DNA from: Candidatus Aenigmatarchaeota archaeon
Lineage (GTDB): Archaea > Aenigmatarchaeota > Aenigmatarchaeia > QMZP01 > QMZT01
Length of the DNA: 54,034 bases
Direction: 5' to 3'
Assembly: GCA_041489155.1 (NCBI GenBank)
Contig: JBGPQP010000008.1
Location: 1 to 54,034, forward strand
Of this stretch, positions 12,201 through 19,070 are shown piece by piece. The notes under the pieces were generated by a model. That model was not told the DNA's origin. It saw nothing but the letters and a program-made list of their open reading frames with translations, and ran no database searches. Each line of letters starts with the position of its first letter. Position 1 is the first letter of the stretch. A program made the position numbers and the translations under genes.

Positions 12201-13640
12201 GCATCAGTAATAGTTGACAAGACAAAGCCGACGGACATCGATGTGTTTGCAGGCAGCACGGAAAAGGGCAGCAAGCCCCTGTACTACGACACCAATGCAA
12301 TCTACAACATCGTATGGACCGGCGGAACCGACGCGAACTTGGATAACTACAAGCTTTACGAGAACGGCGTAAGCATATACACCGGCTTGGACACGAGCAA
12401 GGCACTCAGCGGCATGGACGACGGGACCTATGAATACTATGTGGTCTCCACGGACAAGGCAGGATGGAGCATGACCTCCAACAAGATAACAGTTACTGTC
12501 GACACGGTAGCACCAACGATAGAAGTGAACGGTCCAACAGGCTTCATGGGTATGTGGACGTTCACATACTCTGTAAACGATGCTAGCCCGAGCTCAGGCA
12601 TAGACAGCGTGGTAGTCAGCGACGCTGATACGAGCTTCGTCACCTGCTTCCCGCAGGGATGGTGCATGGTGCTCGGAGGGACGTATGTCGAACTCACGGT
12701 CTACGACAAGGCAGGAAACCACGCTTCGGACAACACGAATGGCGCGCCGGCAGACACGGCACCACCTTTAATAATCTACTCTACCCCGAGCGGTGTGATA
12801 GACTACAACCAGGTCACACTCAGGGTGAACACCAGTGAAGCGGCGGAGTGCTACTACAGCGATGTTGACGAGTGGAATCAGATGATAGTGATGTACACCT
12901 CGGACAGCATAGAGCATTGGGCAGACCTAGGCATGCCTCCTGGAACACCGCTTGCGGACGGTCTTCACGTCTACCACGTACAGTGCGAAGACATGTACGG
13001 CAACGTCATGGAGCACTCGAAGACAATTGTCTTCTACGTGAACACAGCGGGCGATTACTGCTACAGCACAGACATGAAGGCGGGATGGAACACGTTCTTC
13101 CTGCCACAGCTGATCCTGGACGACATCAACTTCAACTGCGGCGAGACGCCGTACGCGACAGAGGATGTGCTGAGTTCGCTGGAAGGAAACTATGAGAAAA
13201 TCTACTATTACAATGGAACCGACTGGCTTTCGTACAAGCCAGGAAGACCAATAAATGACCTTAAAGACTTCAGTGACATCTTGAGCAACCCATACTACAT
13301 CAAGCTGACCGAGCCGGTAAGACTCGGCCTTCAGTGCGAAGAGGAATGCAACTACTGCGGCGATGAGGAAGTTAACGGCGAAGAGCAGTGCGAACTTCCT
13401 GATACCGAAAACAATGCGTACTGCAGCCAGGCAACAGAGAGATGCTACCCCGACTCCTACAAAACCCAGTACAGGGATGCATACGGTTACTGTGATGAAT
13501 ACTGCGGTTGCCAGGATGACAACTGGGGAGACCCGCAGTGCGTCTTCGACGAATGCGGTGCAGAATGCGCTGTCGATGAGGATTGCGCTGATGAAGGATA
13601 CTGCGACACTTCGACATGCGAGTGCTACTGGATATCTTAA
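3237..13640 (+). CDS. Giant secreted Cys-rich/Ig-like multidomain surface protein (~3470 aa) with inserted jelly-roll and DUF3494 domains
   Basis: RBS GAGGTGA at 3222-3228 before ATG 3237; N-terminal hydrophobic signal; Myxococcus-type Cys-rich repeat CGNGVIEGNEACDD...GDGCSSTC; about ten DxxPPxxxK modules; Ig/Fn3-like C-terminal half; GWN...YYIK domain; no C-terminal TM. Confidence 0.9.
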   Translation: MSNKNLKAYVGAVGATKLTAIVVMACILGVFAVSMSGVFAVDPVQIRTTNAEGIDQTDFAPEETVYIQGSGFLTSSPLTVSITRPGLATMETCNTSYCDLRFLDGPLASDANGAFSNYKYSLNGIEGTYTIDVSDVSDERNSATATFTDTKVINSVTLDGGTSTTVLPSSSITAVVNATITGTDKWYYTLYQIGSDTPICYTLLVPYTIPGTYTDTFTITAPLNVGSYDAAFKFLGTSGCGGTGGSSWYNLTDGINVVECGNGVIEGNEACDDNNVNNGDGCSSTCTIEQGWNCAGEPSVCTQICSAISNQSACEVADNCAWCQLCSGPKINDYLADTCYNQTSCYCVYSQCSQSCGAGCTSSGNCTAHAGGTCNLNTCTCEYEYHTVCADGYCGEVQGTGTNECTYDNECRHTECSYTNVIACIQVMSPGASQCTVPADCGECIYDTDCPVDYYNCTGNTIILHDNYCDQSDHMCHEHQSPVTDCDQYNHDFCNGTSWVHQTGTCVPGQPECALASSTGNCNDGLWCNGQETCSNDPIPSHCVAGTPVVCDDQNECTVDQCDDEIDNCTYTFTDTQGPRSYNVLLTPPFNNGIFNLTGTAQDQCSNISTSKYYLGTGVGSCDDYNLFSGTMDPADGSYDELLEDLKKLNLQYRYDGQNFACIKSWDVLNNVGNCNCTYFDTDVLPPDCPYDIYLDDVKYPDEYLICGNNAWLNATVCDSQSPIQGGEYFIDPAPNTVPEPWTGVWMNVLEEFIDSRGWHCAIIGAAVDTSQLTDGTHYIKIRGKDIVENWGKFLQCQNVSFIRDTLPPVTTKQIIPADGKQVKCYGSEETEAGVLHPTTNGCYYVKQGTQVVLHATDPDPQQTGEHADKTRIQWKVWYKVNAGDSWVLDQQGVGAENTDVVITLNKDSYHLIEYWSVDACGWEEAHHFELDIVDTVPPVGEKIIGEPKITCEQGQGCDYWVRDHVTTITLDCIDPMPHPVDNEKMCYRISFDQDPDGYKTDEYCNMSGGTMEGDWCCVESCILLPYTFTFQEDSLHDLQYYCEDALGNTNVVDVEYFKVDSTPPTTVKTYGLPLVEAVTGGYPKWINSSTPVTLTAVDGGDICHVGVNKTYWRNTLLGSNEPCENPTLCQQQTGTGPFVEYTGPFYKPEDSCHLIEYWSVDSLGNAEGVKKQCVYVDNNPPISTKTVGTPKKQVDCSSTGEGSFTDGCYYINQSTPITLSCNDQEPHPVDNVTIFYKSDWKNESGDSWELGSWIQDSSQVTFYYGSDSYHRLTWYCIDALGNKEADRTELDIVDTQKPVSYKTLGLPQHACIQAEENQYYHSEGQGQNPAQTDGCYFINKSTSVTITCADGQPHPVDNVTIWYRTYFSGDNPPAFIQDSNSVTFNYDVDSAHVLEWYCVDALGNTETTHVEYDIVDSLPPVGSKEVGDPKLDRSGIKFTTSGTGTAGWSTEQTHSGMYSIKMTTPNPSGNDQGRATLPFSGNLVSITSFNYWSYVVNAGTEGQLSIWASFYLDGNGDGVWNYSDYYLQCEPYYTYGYPTLNAWQNYDVMSMKCVAYDPDINPDMDCPHDSPTLAQYISGAAATMQCPGHPGWGNFASREYGSLPIIKIDMRAGYGGPWPGFVGYMDDLKINEETSSEPTWWVRDHVTPITLDCTDGTPHPVDHEEVCYKISFDNPATPWLTTQYCTQFGGVMNAEEYCCADVSGTTKYTFDFTEDSVHDLEFYCVDKLENKNQVDIEYFRVDSVPPEITKVIEGPYYGQCPPNAPTDVCFLDGVTNIIVNTNDPDPTGRGCNVGGVYCEWGYYLDDNYQQFFGWYATFPVHFPEETKHELHIRCWDALGNPMTEDVETFYVDKTPPVTTKSYIGPQYLVTTEKTDGNLTNLLGTAGNFAILAKTAITDVPTSVITGDVGVSPASGTTIGVPCAEVNGTIYSVDAAGPLPCRVTDPTLLTQAVSDMEAAYTDLSGRTPDYTGVGSGDISGMTLTPGIYKWTTGLLINTGNMTGDPNGVTLDCGGNASAIFIFQIAQNLAVGSGAKVTLSGSCQASNVYWVVAGTTTLGTTSVFNGNILAGPGTSTIALQNGATLTGRALGQTDVTLIANTISLPATTTGNTTGNETTRWITSGTNVTLSVDDAGPHKSGIKETKYRVTLMGGNEPCANTELCQQMTGSGDYQTYTAPFTIAEDSCHLIEYYSVDNVNKTETVKRQCVFVDNKPPVSTKTFDGLHVPCSQLACANQSSCDYYINKNTKIILSCTDQEPHPVDNVTIYYRYFVDDVLHQDWTEYTGPIQYNEDSKHTLEWYCEDALGNRETTYTQVERVDTTPPVTTKTIGQPQWQGGYWVTSQTPITLTTVDGQYPCAAGPATLYYEDHWDNDCDGNFEGDPVYSGQVSTDGNCNLNTTIYLSGECLHELRWHAVDALGNVETEHVQQHKVDNTPPHILILKPVDGWYSDGEDIPIVSIAEDLDNKSGPCEGDCYGLGTECAVGIADGTQCEAYLLDILPEPKIVPLETTGTFMYNAAAKECQGYGTIPEESGIPDGIVILVVMAKDNLGNEAGSLTEIFRAILDRCGCDVYDMCAPKCIDDVVQDIIVNWNLPKIGIDNHAPVVTITAPSENSLFGGEQVFVSADVSDSEDGQITSTITSGTPCYITLGGVSMGTVPYDNGARKCFGTVMIPEDNDFPQGTQALKVEIADNAGNLGSASINVNVDTTKPVLDIIIPSQNQFVKGTIEVTAQVSDANLDASKIKISTDNGQTWHDTWYCNPSTYCYDWDTATATDGMAYGIVAKATDLADNTGYSDVVIVIVDNGAPEGVYMVDPVKDKIVQGTITLKALATDYVSGVTGVDIYVNSVPSFNCVATLVGGTWQCSFNSVTLSDGQHSAYAVATDKLGQTTTSASVPFIIDNNAPSAPVISIYPTTNGYDTDGVVTWKWTDSTDTGSGIDYYLIEVGSPVVSQTKVLGTLFTISDLYEGSHTARVKAVDKAGHESAWSSYASVIVDKTKPTDIDVFAGSTEKGSKPLYYDTNAIYNIVWTGGTDANLDNYKLYENGVSIYTGLDTSKALSGMDDGTYEYYVVSTDKAGWSMTSNKITVTVDTVAPTIEVNGPTGFMGMWTFTYSVNDASPSSGIDSVVVSDADTSFVTCFPQGWCMVLGGTYVELTVYDKAGNHASDNTNGAPADTAPPLIIYSTPSGVIDYNQVTLRVNTSEAAECYYSDVDEWNQMIVMYTSDSIEHWADLGMPPGTPLADGLHVYHVQCEDMYGNVMEHSKTIVFYVNTAGDYCYSTDMKAGWNTFFLPQLILDDINFNCGETPYATEDVLSSLEGNYEKIYYYNGTDWLSYKPGRPINDLKDFSDILSNPYYIKLTEPVRLGLQCEEECNYCGDEEVNGEEQCELPDTENNAYCSQATERCYPDSYKTQYRDAYGYCDEYCGCQDDNWGDPQCVFDECGAECAVDEDCADEGYCDTSTCECYWIS
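5649..10526 (+). repeat. Array of about 10 homologous Ig-like modules inside the giant gene
   Basis: Recurring DxxPPxxxK...(Y/W)(I/V)xxxTx(I/V)xL...PHPVDN...DSxHxLx(W/Y)YxxDxLGN; DNA-level identity such as atagaatactggtcagttgac near 5973 and 6702. Confidence 0.85.
8841..9587 (+). other. DUF3494 / ice-binding-like beta-solenoid domain inserted in the giant protein
   Basis: LGTAGNFAILAKTAIT...ITGDVGVSP...TLTPGIYK...FIFQIA...QASNVYW.VAG.TTLG..SVFNGNILA...GATLTGRAL.QT.VTL.ANTI matches the IBP-1/DUF3494 consensus as I recall it. Confidence 0.85.
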
Positions 13641-13648
13641 TCTTTAAA

Positions 13649-13679
13649 TTCCTCCTCTTTATTTACTTATGAGGAGGAA
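13649..13679. terminator. Inverted repeat after the giant gene
   Basis: TTCCTCCTC-N13-GAGGAGGAA directly after the stop codon. Confidence 0.45.
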
Positions 13680-13733
13680 AAAATACCCCAAAGATTTATA
13701 AAGATAGATTACATATAAAAAGTAAGGTAAAAT

Positions 13734-14912
13734 ATGAAAAATAATTTCGCTTTGATTGGAATCATTGTTGTATCCATTATTTCTTTATTTTCTGCCAGCG
13801 CTTTAGCTTTTTTGGTTAGTGATTGGTGGGGAACTGTTCATATAAATACTGTTTTAGCTCAGGATGGAACAGTGGTAGACGTATATCATGTTGAAACGGG
13901 AAATCTTGTCGATACTACAACTTGTAGTGGTGGTTATTACCTTTTGCATGTCGTAAATGTTAGCGAAGGTGATCATATTGTTTTCAAAGTCAATGGAATG
14001 TTAGTTAATGAAGGTCCCCAAAATATTACTGCTCTTGATGATAATAACTTGGATCTAACCGTGACTGATGCTGATGGTGACGGCTACAGCGTCAAAGACG
14101 ACTGCAACGACAATGACGCAGCGATCCATCCCGGCGCGACCGAGATCTGCAACGGAATAGACGACAACTGCGTCGGAGGGATTGATGAGGGCTCATATTA
14201 TTGCGACATGGATAACGACGGTTACATAAGCACAGATACGTCTGGATGTTCAGTTGGCAATAGCTGCAGGCTCACGCCTGCAGGCGACGACTGTGATGAT
14301 AACGATGATGATATCAACCCTGGTGCTAACGAGATATGCGGCAATGGGAAAGACGACAACTGCGACGGCATCTCCAAAAGCTGCGGCGGAGGCGGCGGAT
14401 CCACAGCTTACTGCGGCGACGGCGCAGTCCAGACATCGAGAGGAGAGCAGTGCGAAAAGGATTCAGACTGTCAGGCGACTTATGTTTGCAACGCGAGCTG
14501 CAACTGCGTGCCATGCACCGAGAGCTGGAGCTGCGGCGAATGGGGTAGCTGTTCATCCGAAGGCGTTCAGACAAGAACATGCACCGATGCGAACGCATGC
14601 GGCACGACAAATGACAAGCCAGCTGAGAGCCAGACATGCACGTCGACAAGCGGCGGCGGCTCGACTGCACAGCCTCTTGGCGGGGCGCTGTGCGGCAACG
14701 ACGTATGCGACGATGGCGAGAGCTGCGACACGTGCCCTGAAGACTGCGGAGTCTGCGGAGCAGGCACTGGCGCGGCCGTGGGAACGCAGAGCGGCACCGG
14801 CCTCATAGGCATGTTATTCGGCGCTTCGGGACTGCCATTCCTCGGCCTGATTATCCTGCTGCTGATAGCGCTTCTTGTGCTTCTCATGACCAGGAAGAAG
14901 AAAAAGAAATAA
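13734..14912 (+). CDS. Membrane-anchored Cys-rich surface protein with MopE-like putative metal-binding repeats
   Basis: Signal peptide; two DCxDxDxxIxPGAxEICxGxDDNC repeats; CTESWSCGEW module; C-terminal TM followed by KKKKK. Confidence 0.85.
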   Translation: MKNNFALIGIIVVSIISLFSASALAFLVSDWWGTVHINTVLAQDGTVVDVYHVETGNLVDTTTCSGGYYLLHVVNVSEGDHIVFKVNGMLVNEGPQNITALDDNNLDLTVTDADGDGYSVKDDCNDNDAAIHPGATEICNGIDDNCVGGIDEGSYYCDMDNDGYISTDTSGCSVGNSCRLTPAGDDCDDNDDDINPGANEICGNGKDDNCDGISKSCGGGGGSTAYCGDGAVQTSRGEQCEKDSDCQATYVCNASCNCVPCTESWSCGEWGSCSSEGVQTRTCTDANACGTTNDKPAESQTCTSTSGGGSTAQPLGGALCGNDVCDDGESCDTCPEDCGVCGAGTGAAVGTQSGTGLIGMLFGASGLPFLGLIILLLIALLVLLMTRKKKKK

Positions 14913-14949
14913 GTTTTTCTTCATTTAACTTTTATTTCAATTCCAGTTT

Positions 14950-15639
14950 TTACTCTATCTCCACGCCCGGCATCACCCATTTGCTGCCGAGCCTTTTCCT
15001 GTTCTCCTTCAGCATTTTTTCCGAGAATGACGCTTTCATGTGTTTCTGGTTCAGGCCCAGCGTCCTGCCGAAGGCTATGAGCTCGGAAGGCGAGCGCAGG
15101 TCGTAGGGCTCGACCGCGCCTGAGGTTATGACGAAAGGCGCCTTCGCCTTCCTGACCAGGTTCGCGTTCTCGAGCAGGCGTGAAAGCGTCTCGGATCTCG
15201 ATTTCTTGTAGGAAAAAAGTATATTGCGGAAGTTGAACTCGACAGCGACGCGGTTTTCCTTCGCCAGCTTCGCCATCGTGTAATCCAGGCCCGAATCGTT
15301 CCTTCCCAGCTCCGGGTGCGCCAGGATATCGACTTCAGGCGTCTCGCAGGCCTTCCTGTTGACTTCGAGCGAGCCGCCGTGGACCAGAATAAGCTCGGCC
15401 ATTTTCCTGGCTTTTTTGGCGATTCCGGGGATGTTTTCGGGCTGGTGTACTTCGATTTTTAAGCCAAAAGAAACGTCCAGGCGCGATGTTTTGAACGCTT
15501 CCAGCGTTTTCTTCAGCCTCTCTATGTCCTCGAGCGACTTGCACACGAAGCATGCGCCGCTCCATTCGAGCTTTTCCAGCGTCCTGAGCATGCCTTCCAA
15601 GTCGACTTCCGGATGGACGTGATATTCGTAGAATCCCAT
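14950..15639 (-). CDS. rnp3: RNase P protein component 3 (Rpp30)
   Basis: VHGGSLEVNRKACE..VDILAHPE; AKLAKENRVAVEFN; ITSGAVEPYDLRSP. Confidence 0.92.
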   Translation of the reverse strand: MGFYEYHVHPEVDLEGMLRTLEKLEWSGACFVCKSLEDIERLKKTLEAFKTSRLDVSFGLKIEVHQPENIPGIAKKARKMAELILVHGGSLEVNRKACETPEVDILAHPELGRNDSGLDYTMAKLAKENRVAVEFNFRNILFSYKKSRSETLSRLLENANLVRKAKAPFVITSGAVEPYDLRSPSELIAFGRTLGLNQKHMKASFSEKMLKENRKRLGSKWVMPGVEIE

Positions 15640-15699
15640 TTTTGCTCCTCTTTAATATTGTGGGGCCGTTTTTTAAATTACACCTCCAAATTAAGAAGC

Positions 15700-16344
15700 A
15701 TGATAGAACCGGCTGAAGCGCTTGATTTCGCTGAAAAACGCGAGCACATGGTTACGGCTTTGATAGCGAACGGCTACCTGAAGACCGAGAAAATAATCAG
15801 GGTCTTCCTCCAGACGTCGCGGCATTTTTTCGTGGGCGAAGGCGAAAGGGGCTTCGCCTACGCCGATTATCCCATGCCCATCCCCGGCGGCCAGACCATC
15901 TCCGCGCCGCACATGGTCGCGTGCATGACAGAGCTTTTGGAGCCGAAGGCGAGCGATAAAGTCCTGGAAATCGGCGCCGGCTCAGGCTACCAGGCCGCGA
16001 TCCTTTCGAAGCTCGTAAAAAAGATTTACACCATAGAGATAGACGAGAACCTAGCCGACTTCGCGAGGCAGAACCTTGAAAAAGCGAAAATAACGAATGT
16101 CGAGGTCATCGCCGGCGACGGCAGCAAAGGCTATGAGGTAGCGAAGCCTTACGACAAGGTCATCGTCACATGCGCCACGCCGGAAATCTTCGATGCGTGG
16201 CTGAAGCAGCTCAAGACCGACGGCATCCTGCTCGCTCCGGTAGGCGAGGGCTTCTTCCAGGAGCTGACGCGTATCAAAAAGACCAGAAAAGGCCTCGAAA
16301 AAGCGGCTTTGGGCGGCTGCGCCTTCGTGCCGCTGAGAAGGTAA
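15700..16344 (+). CDS. pcm: Protein-L-isoaspartate O-methyltransferase
   Basis: AYADYPMPIPGGQTISAPHMVA, VLEIGAGSGYQAA, GDGSKGY, FVPL; start moved to ATG 15700 to avoid overlap with rnp3. Confidence 0.93.
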   Translation: MIEPAEALDFAEKREHMVTALIANGYLKTEKIIRVFLQTSRHFFVGEGERGFAYADYPMPIPGGQTISAPHMVACMTELLEPKASDKVLEIGAGSGYQAAILSKLVKKIYTIEIDENLADFARQNLEKAKITNVEVIAGDGSKGYEVAKPYDKVIVTCATPEIFDAWLKQLKTDGILLAPVGEGFFQELTRIKKTRKGLEKAALGGCAFVPLRR

Positions 16345-16364
16345 AAATAAAATTACAATTTTTA

Positions 16365-16730
16365 TTAAAATTTAGCATTGCTTATAATTTTAAGTCCACG
16401 TTCTCTGTTAAGATCGACATATTTTAGTGGAAATCCTTCATCAGACTGGAACAAATAATGAGATCTAACTGTTCCCAATGCATCCTCGGTGGGTATTTGC
16501 ACCAGCATTAATTTCTTGCCTTCATACTCTGAAGATTTAATCTCTGGTTTAATTTTTTTGAGCATATCTCTTAAATTAGCTTCTGACAAAGCTGTAGACT
16601 GACCATTCATGAATACGTTGGACGTGGGTATTTCTACAAAAAGCTTCACACCCCCGATTTCAAGGGGCCTGTACAATGACGTATTTCTGTAATTCGGGCT
16701 CATAACTTCACAATAATAATGTATTTTCAT
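16365..16730 (-). CDS. Hypothetical protein (121 aa, AT-rich)
   Basis: ATG-started ORF filling the gap; no recognised motif. Confidence 0.6.
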   Translation of the reverse strand: MKIHYYCEVMSPNYRNTSLYRPLEIGGVKLFVEIPTSNVFMNGQSTALSEANLRDMLKKIKPEIKSSEYEGKKLMLVQIPTEDALGTVRSHYLFQSDEGFPLKYVDLNRERGLKIISNAKF

Positions 16731-16774
16731 GTCTTATAAAGCTTTATGTTTTTAGTTACTTATAAATAGTTACA

Positions 16775-17308
16775 TTAATGTAGGACATCACGGCTTCCAT
16801 GCGCCTTCGGGGCCGCCGCCTGTTCCGGAAGCTCCAAGTACAGCCTCATGAACTCGTTTGAAAAATCACGAATCAAATCAACAGGCAGGCTTTCAGCGAT
16901 GTCAATTTGTTCTATTCCGATTTTGGGCATGTAGAGCATGGTCGAATCGAGCCTTGGAAGCGTCAGCAGGCTTGCCCCGTCCCCTGCGACTTCTTCGAAC
17001 TGCCTGAACCAGCCAGCTAATTCTCCGTCGTTTAGACTGCCATTGTTCCTTACGAACCACGGCAAAACCGTGCCGCATTCCTTGTTCTCCCTGATAAACC
17101 GCAGGGCTTTGCTCCATTTGGCGGCGCCTTTCATCATGTCTTGGTAATCGGTGTTCCTGAGCTCCGCGTTAATCGCCTGCGTCACGTAGTATGTGCCGTC
17201 CCTCAGCGATCTGTCGGCTACTCCCACGCCGGCAAACCCCTCCTTCAGATAAATCCTCAGCGAGAGATTCATCAGCGCTTCGATGGAGCTGGTGAGCGCT
17301 ACCTTCAT
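16775..17308 (-). CDS. Hypothetical protein (177 aa)
   Basis: ATG-started ORF with plausible composition; no recognised motif. Confidence 0.65.
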   Translation of the reverse strand: MKVALTSSIEALMNLSLRIYLKEGFAGVGVADRSLRDGTYYVTQAINAELRNTDYQDMMKGAAKWSKALRFIRENKECGTVLPWFVRNNGSLNDGELAGWFRQFEEVAGDGASLLTLPRLDSTMLYMPKIGIEQIDIAESLPVDLIRDFSNEFMRLYLELPEQAAAPKAHGSRDVLH

Positions 17309-17370
17309 GTTTATCCCTTGAAGTTAAATTTTAAAACCTGATATTGAACCCAGGCCGGCGAATAGGGATG

Positions 17371-17400
17371 AAATAAGAAAAAGCGAGGGCTTTCCCCTCG
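17371..17400 (-). terminator. Hairpin plus U-tract downstream of atpK
   Basis: Minus strand reads CGAGGG-GAAAG-CCCTCG-CTTTTTCTTATTT. Confidence 0.6.
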
Positions 17401-17441
17401 GATCTAGCAGCCGTTCGAAGTCGCTGCGATGCGTTTTGGCT

Positions 17442-17660
17442 TTAACCTCCCATGCCGACTATCTGCAGCGCCACGACCAGACCGAAAATGATTATGGTCT
17501 CTGGTATGACCGTCAGGATAAGACCCTGCGCGAAGAGACCTTCCTTCTCGGCCATTGCACCGATAGCTGACGTACCTATTTCCTTCTCAGCCCATGCCGT
17601 CGCCACTGCGCTCACGCTTATCGTCGCTGCTGCAGCGATTGCTGCCCAATCTCCTGCCAT
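17442..17660 (-). CDS. atpK: A/V-type ATP synthase proteolipid subunit K/c (single hairpin, 72 aa)
   Basis: IGTSAIGAMAEK...LILTVIPETIIIFGLVVA with the conserved carboxylate; RBS GGAGGTG upstream of ATG 17660. Confidence 0.92.
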   Translation of the reverse strand: MAGDWAAIAAAATISVSAVATAWAEKEIGTSAIGAMAEKEGLFAQGLILTVIPETIIIFGLVVALQIVGMGG

Positions 17661-17838
17661 ATTGGCACCTCCGATTTTATATGGAAATTGCAATCTTTCT
17701 ATTTCAGTAAACAGCAATAAATATGTTTATTAATGGGAATTTGGGTTTATATATTTTTATTTTTCTCACCTTAAAATAGTTAATTTTCTTTCTGTGCCTG
17801 CGAGAAATAAAAATAAAGAAAAAGAGGGATGTTTTGCC

Positions 17839-18051
17839 TCATCCCTGCGTAAGGAGTTCGTTCTCTATATTATCCAGCGTCATGTTCCCAAGCGTCTGCT
17901 CCATTTCCTGCTCCACCGTGTTGTACGCCTGCTGTTCCTTTTCAGCTGCTGTGAATTGCTGGCCTCCGCCTGTCGCTGCCTGCTGGACGCAGCCGCTGAT
18001 GAATACCGCTGTTATCAGGACTACGAATACAAGAGCCAATATAGTTTTCAT
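17839..18051 (-). CDS. Small putative lipoprotein (70 aa)
   Basis: MK, hydrophobic stretch, ISGC lipobox-like motif; GGTGA RBS upstream. Confidence 0.75.
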   Translation of the reverse strand: MKTILALVFVVLITAVFISGCVQQAATGGGQQFTAAEKEQQAYNTVEQEMEQTLGNMTLDNIENELLTQG

Positions 18052-18060
18052 ACCATCACC

Positions 18061-18972
18061 TTATTGGCCTCCTGCGCCAGGTCCATCGTTGCCGGAATCA
18101 TTTGTTAAAGGCGGGTTCAGAAGCCTGTCCCTGATTCTGTCTCTGACCACCTTGACCCAGGAAGGCGCTTTGTTCATGGTCGCATTTACCTTTTCCCATC
18201 TTTCCTGATACATGTTGGCCAGATTCTCGCAGGCATCTGCCGTGTTGTTTTCCTTGCAGGTATTTATCAGATCAGCCCTGCAGTTTGCGTCATCTAGATT
18301 CAGTTTGCAGTATGCCAGCTTAAGCGCTTTGCACCTGCTGTCGTTCGGATACTGCTCGCAGAAGCTCTTTAGCTTGTCTCTGCAGTTGCCGTCTGTTGTC
18401 GGGTCGCAGTATATCTGTCCCACGGCCTTCATCACGGCCTTGCATTTCTCTGGGTTATTTTCACAGTAGTCCTTTACCTTCTCTGCCTTCTCTACAGGCT
18501 TCCACACTCTGGGGGCCTGGATTATGTATGCATTGTAGCTGGCTCCGTTAAGCGTGAGCGTGCCTGCCCATATCTCCCTGTCCCCCTTTGGATACGAAGT
18601 CAGGGATATGGAACCCACGTTAGTGCTGTTGGCATCGTATATCGTTGCCGACGCCGTGCCGTTGCCTATCACTATGTCCTTGAGCTTGTATCTGGTTTCG
18701 CCGAAGTAAAGTATGCCCACTTTGATGTTTTCCACTTCTTCCGAAATCAATATGTCGACTCCGGCTATGCCTATCTTGAGCAGCTCGAAGTCCATCGGAT
18801 TCGCTTGCGATATCGCCAGGCCTGCTCCCATGGCGCCCATTGTGTGGATTTTTGCGCGCACCTGCATCTGGGCTCCGAGGCCCGCTGTATCGTCCGCTAT
18901 GGCTGAAGTCGCTGAAACCGCTGCAACTCCTATTACCAACAAGGCGATTGCCATTGCCAGTAGCTTTTTCAT
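18061..18972 (-). CDS. Secreted protein with Cys-paired helical repeats
   Basis: Signal peptide; YCENNPEKC / FCEQYPNDSRC / YCKLNLDDANC repeats; GGAGG RBS. Confidence 0.8.
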   Translation of the reverse strand: MKKLLAMAIALLVIGVAAVSATSAIADDTAGLGAQMQVRAKIHTMGAMGAGLAISQANPMDFELLKIGIAGVDILISEEVENIKVGILYFGETRYKLKDIVIGNGTASATIYDANSTNVGSISLTSYPKGDREIWAGTLTLNGASYNAYIIQAPRVWKPVEKAEKVKDYCENNPEKCKAVMKAVGQIYCDPTTDGNCRDKLKSFCEQYPNDSRCKALKLAYCKLNLDDANCRADLINTCKENNTADACENLANMYQERWEKVNATMNKAPSWVKVVRDRIRDRLLNPPLTNDSGNDGPGAGGQ

Positions 18973-19070
18973 TTCATCAACCTCCTGTTTATATTCAAGT
19001 TTGAATATCTGACTAGTTAATACTCTATCGTTTCACCTATTAGAAAACTTCGTGAAACAATCTGCAACAA

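Noticed and set aside
16775..17308. JAB/MPN-like deubiquitinase partner for the E1
   Set aside because: No HxH...D metal motif is present and the resemblance is too weak.
17341..17440. tRNA or other known ncRNA in the GC-rich intergenic stretch
   Set aside because: No cloverleaf or T-loop consensus could be built; the hairpins are explained as atpK 3' structures.
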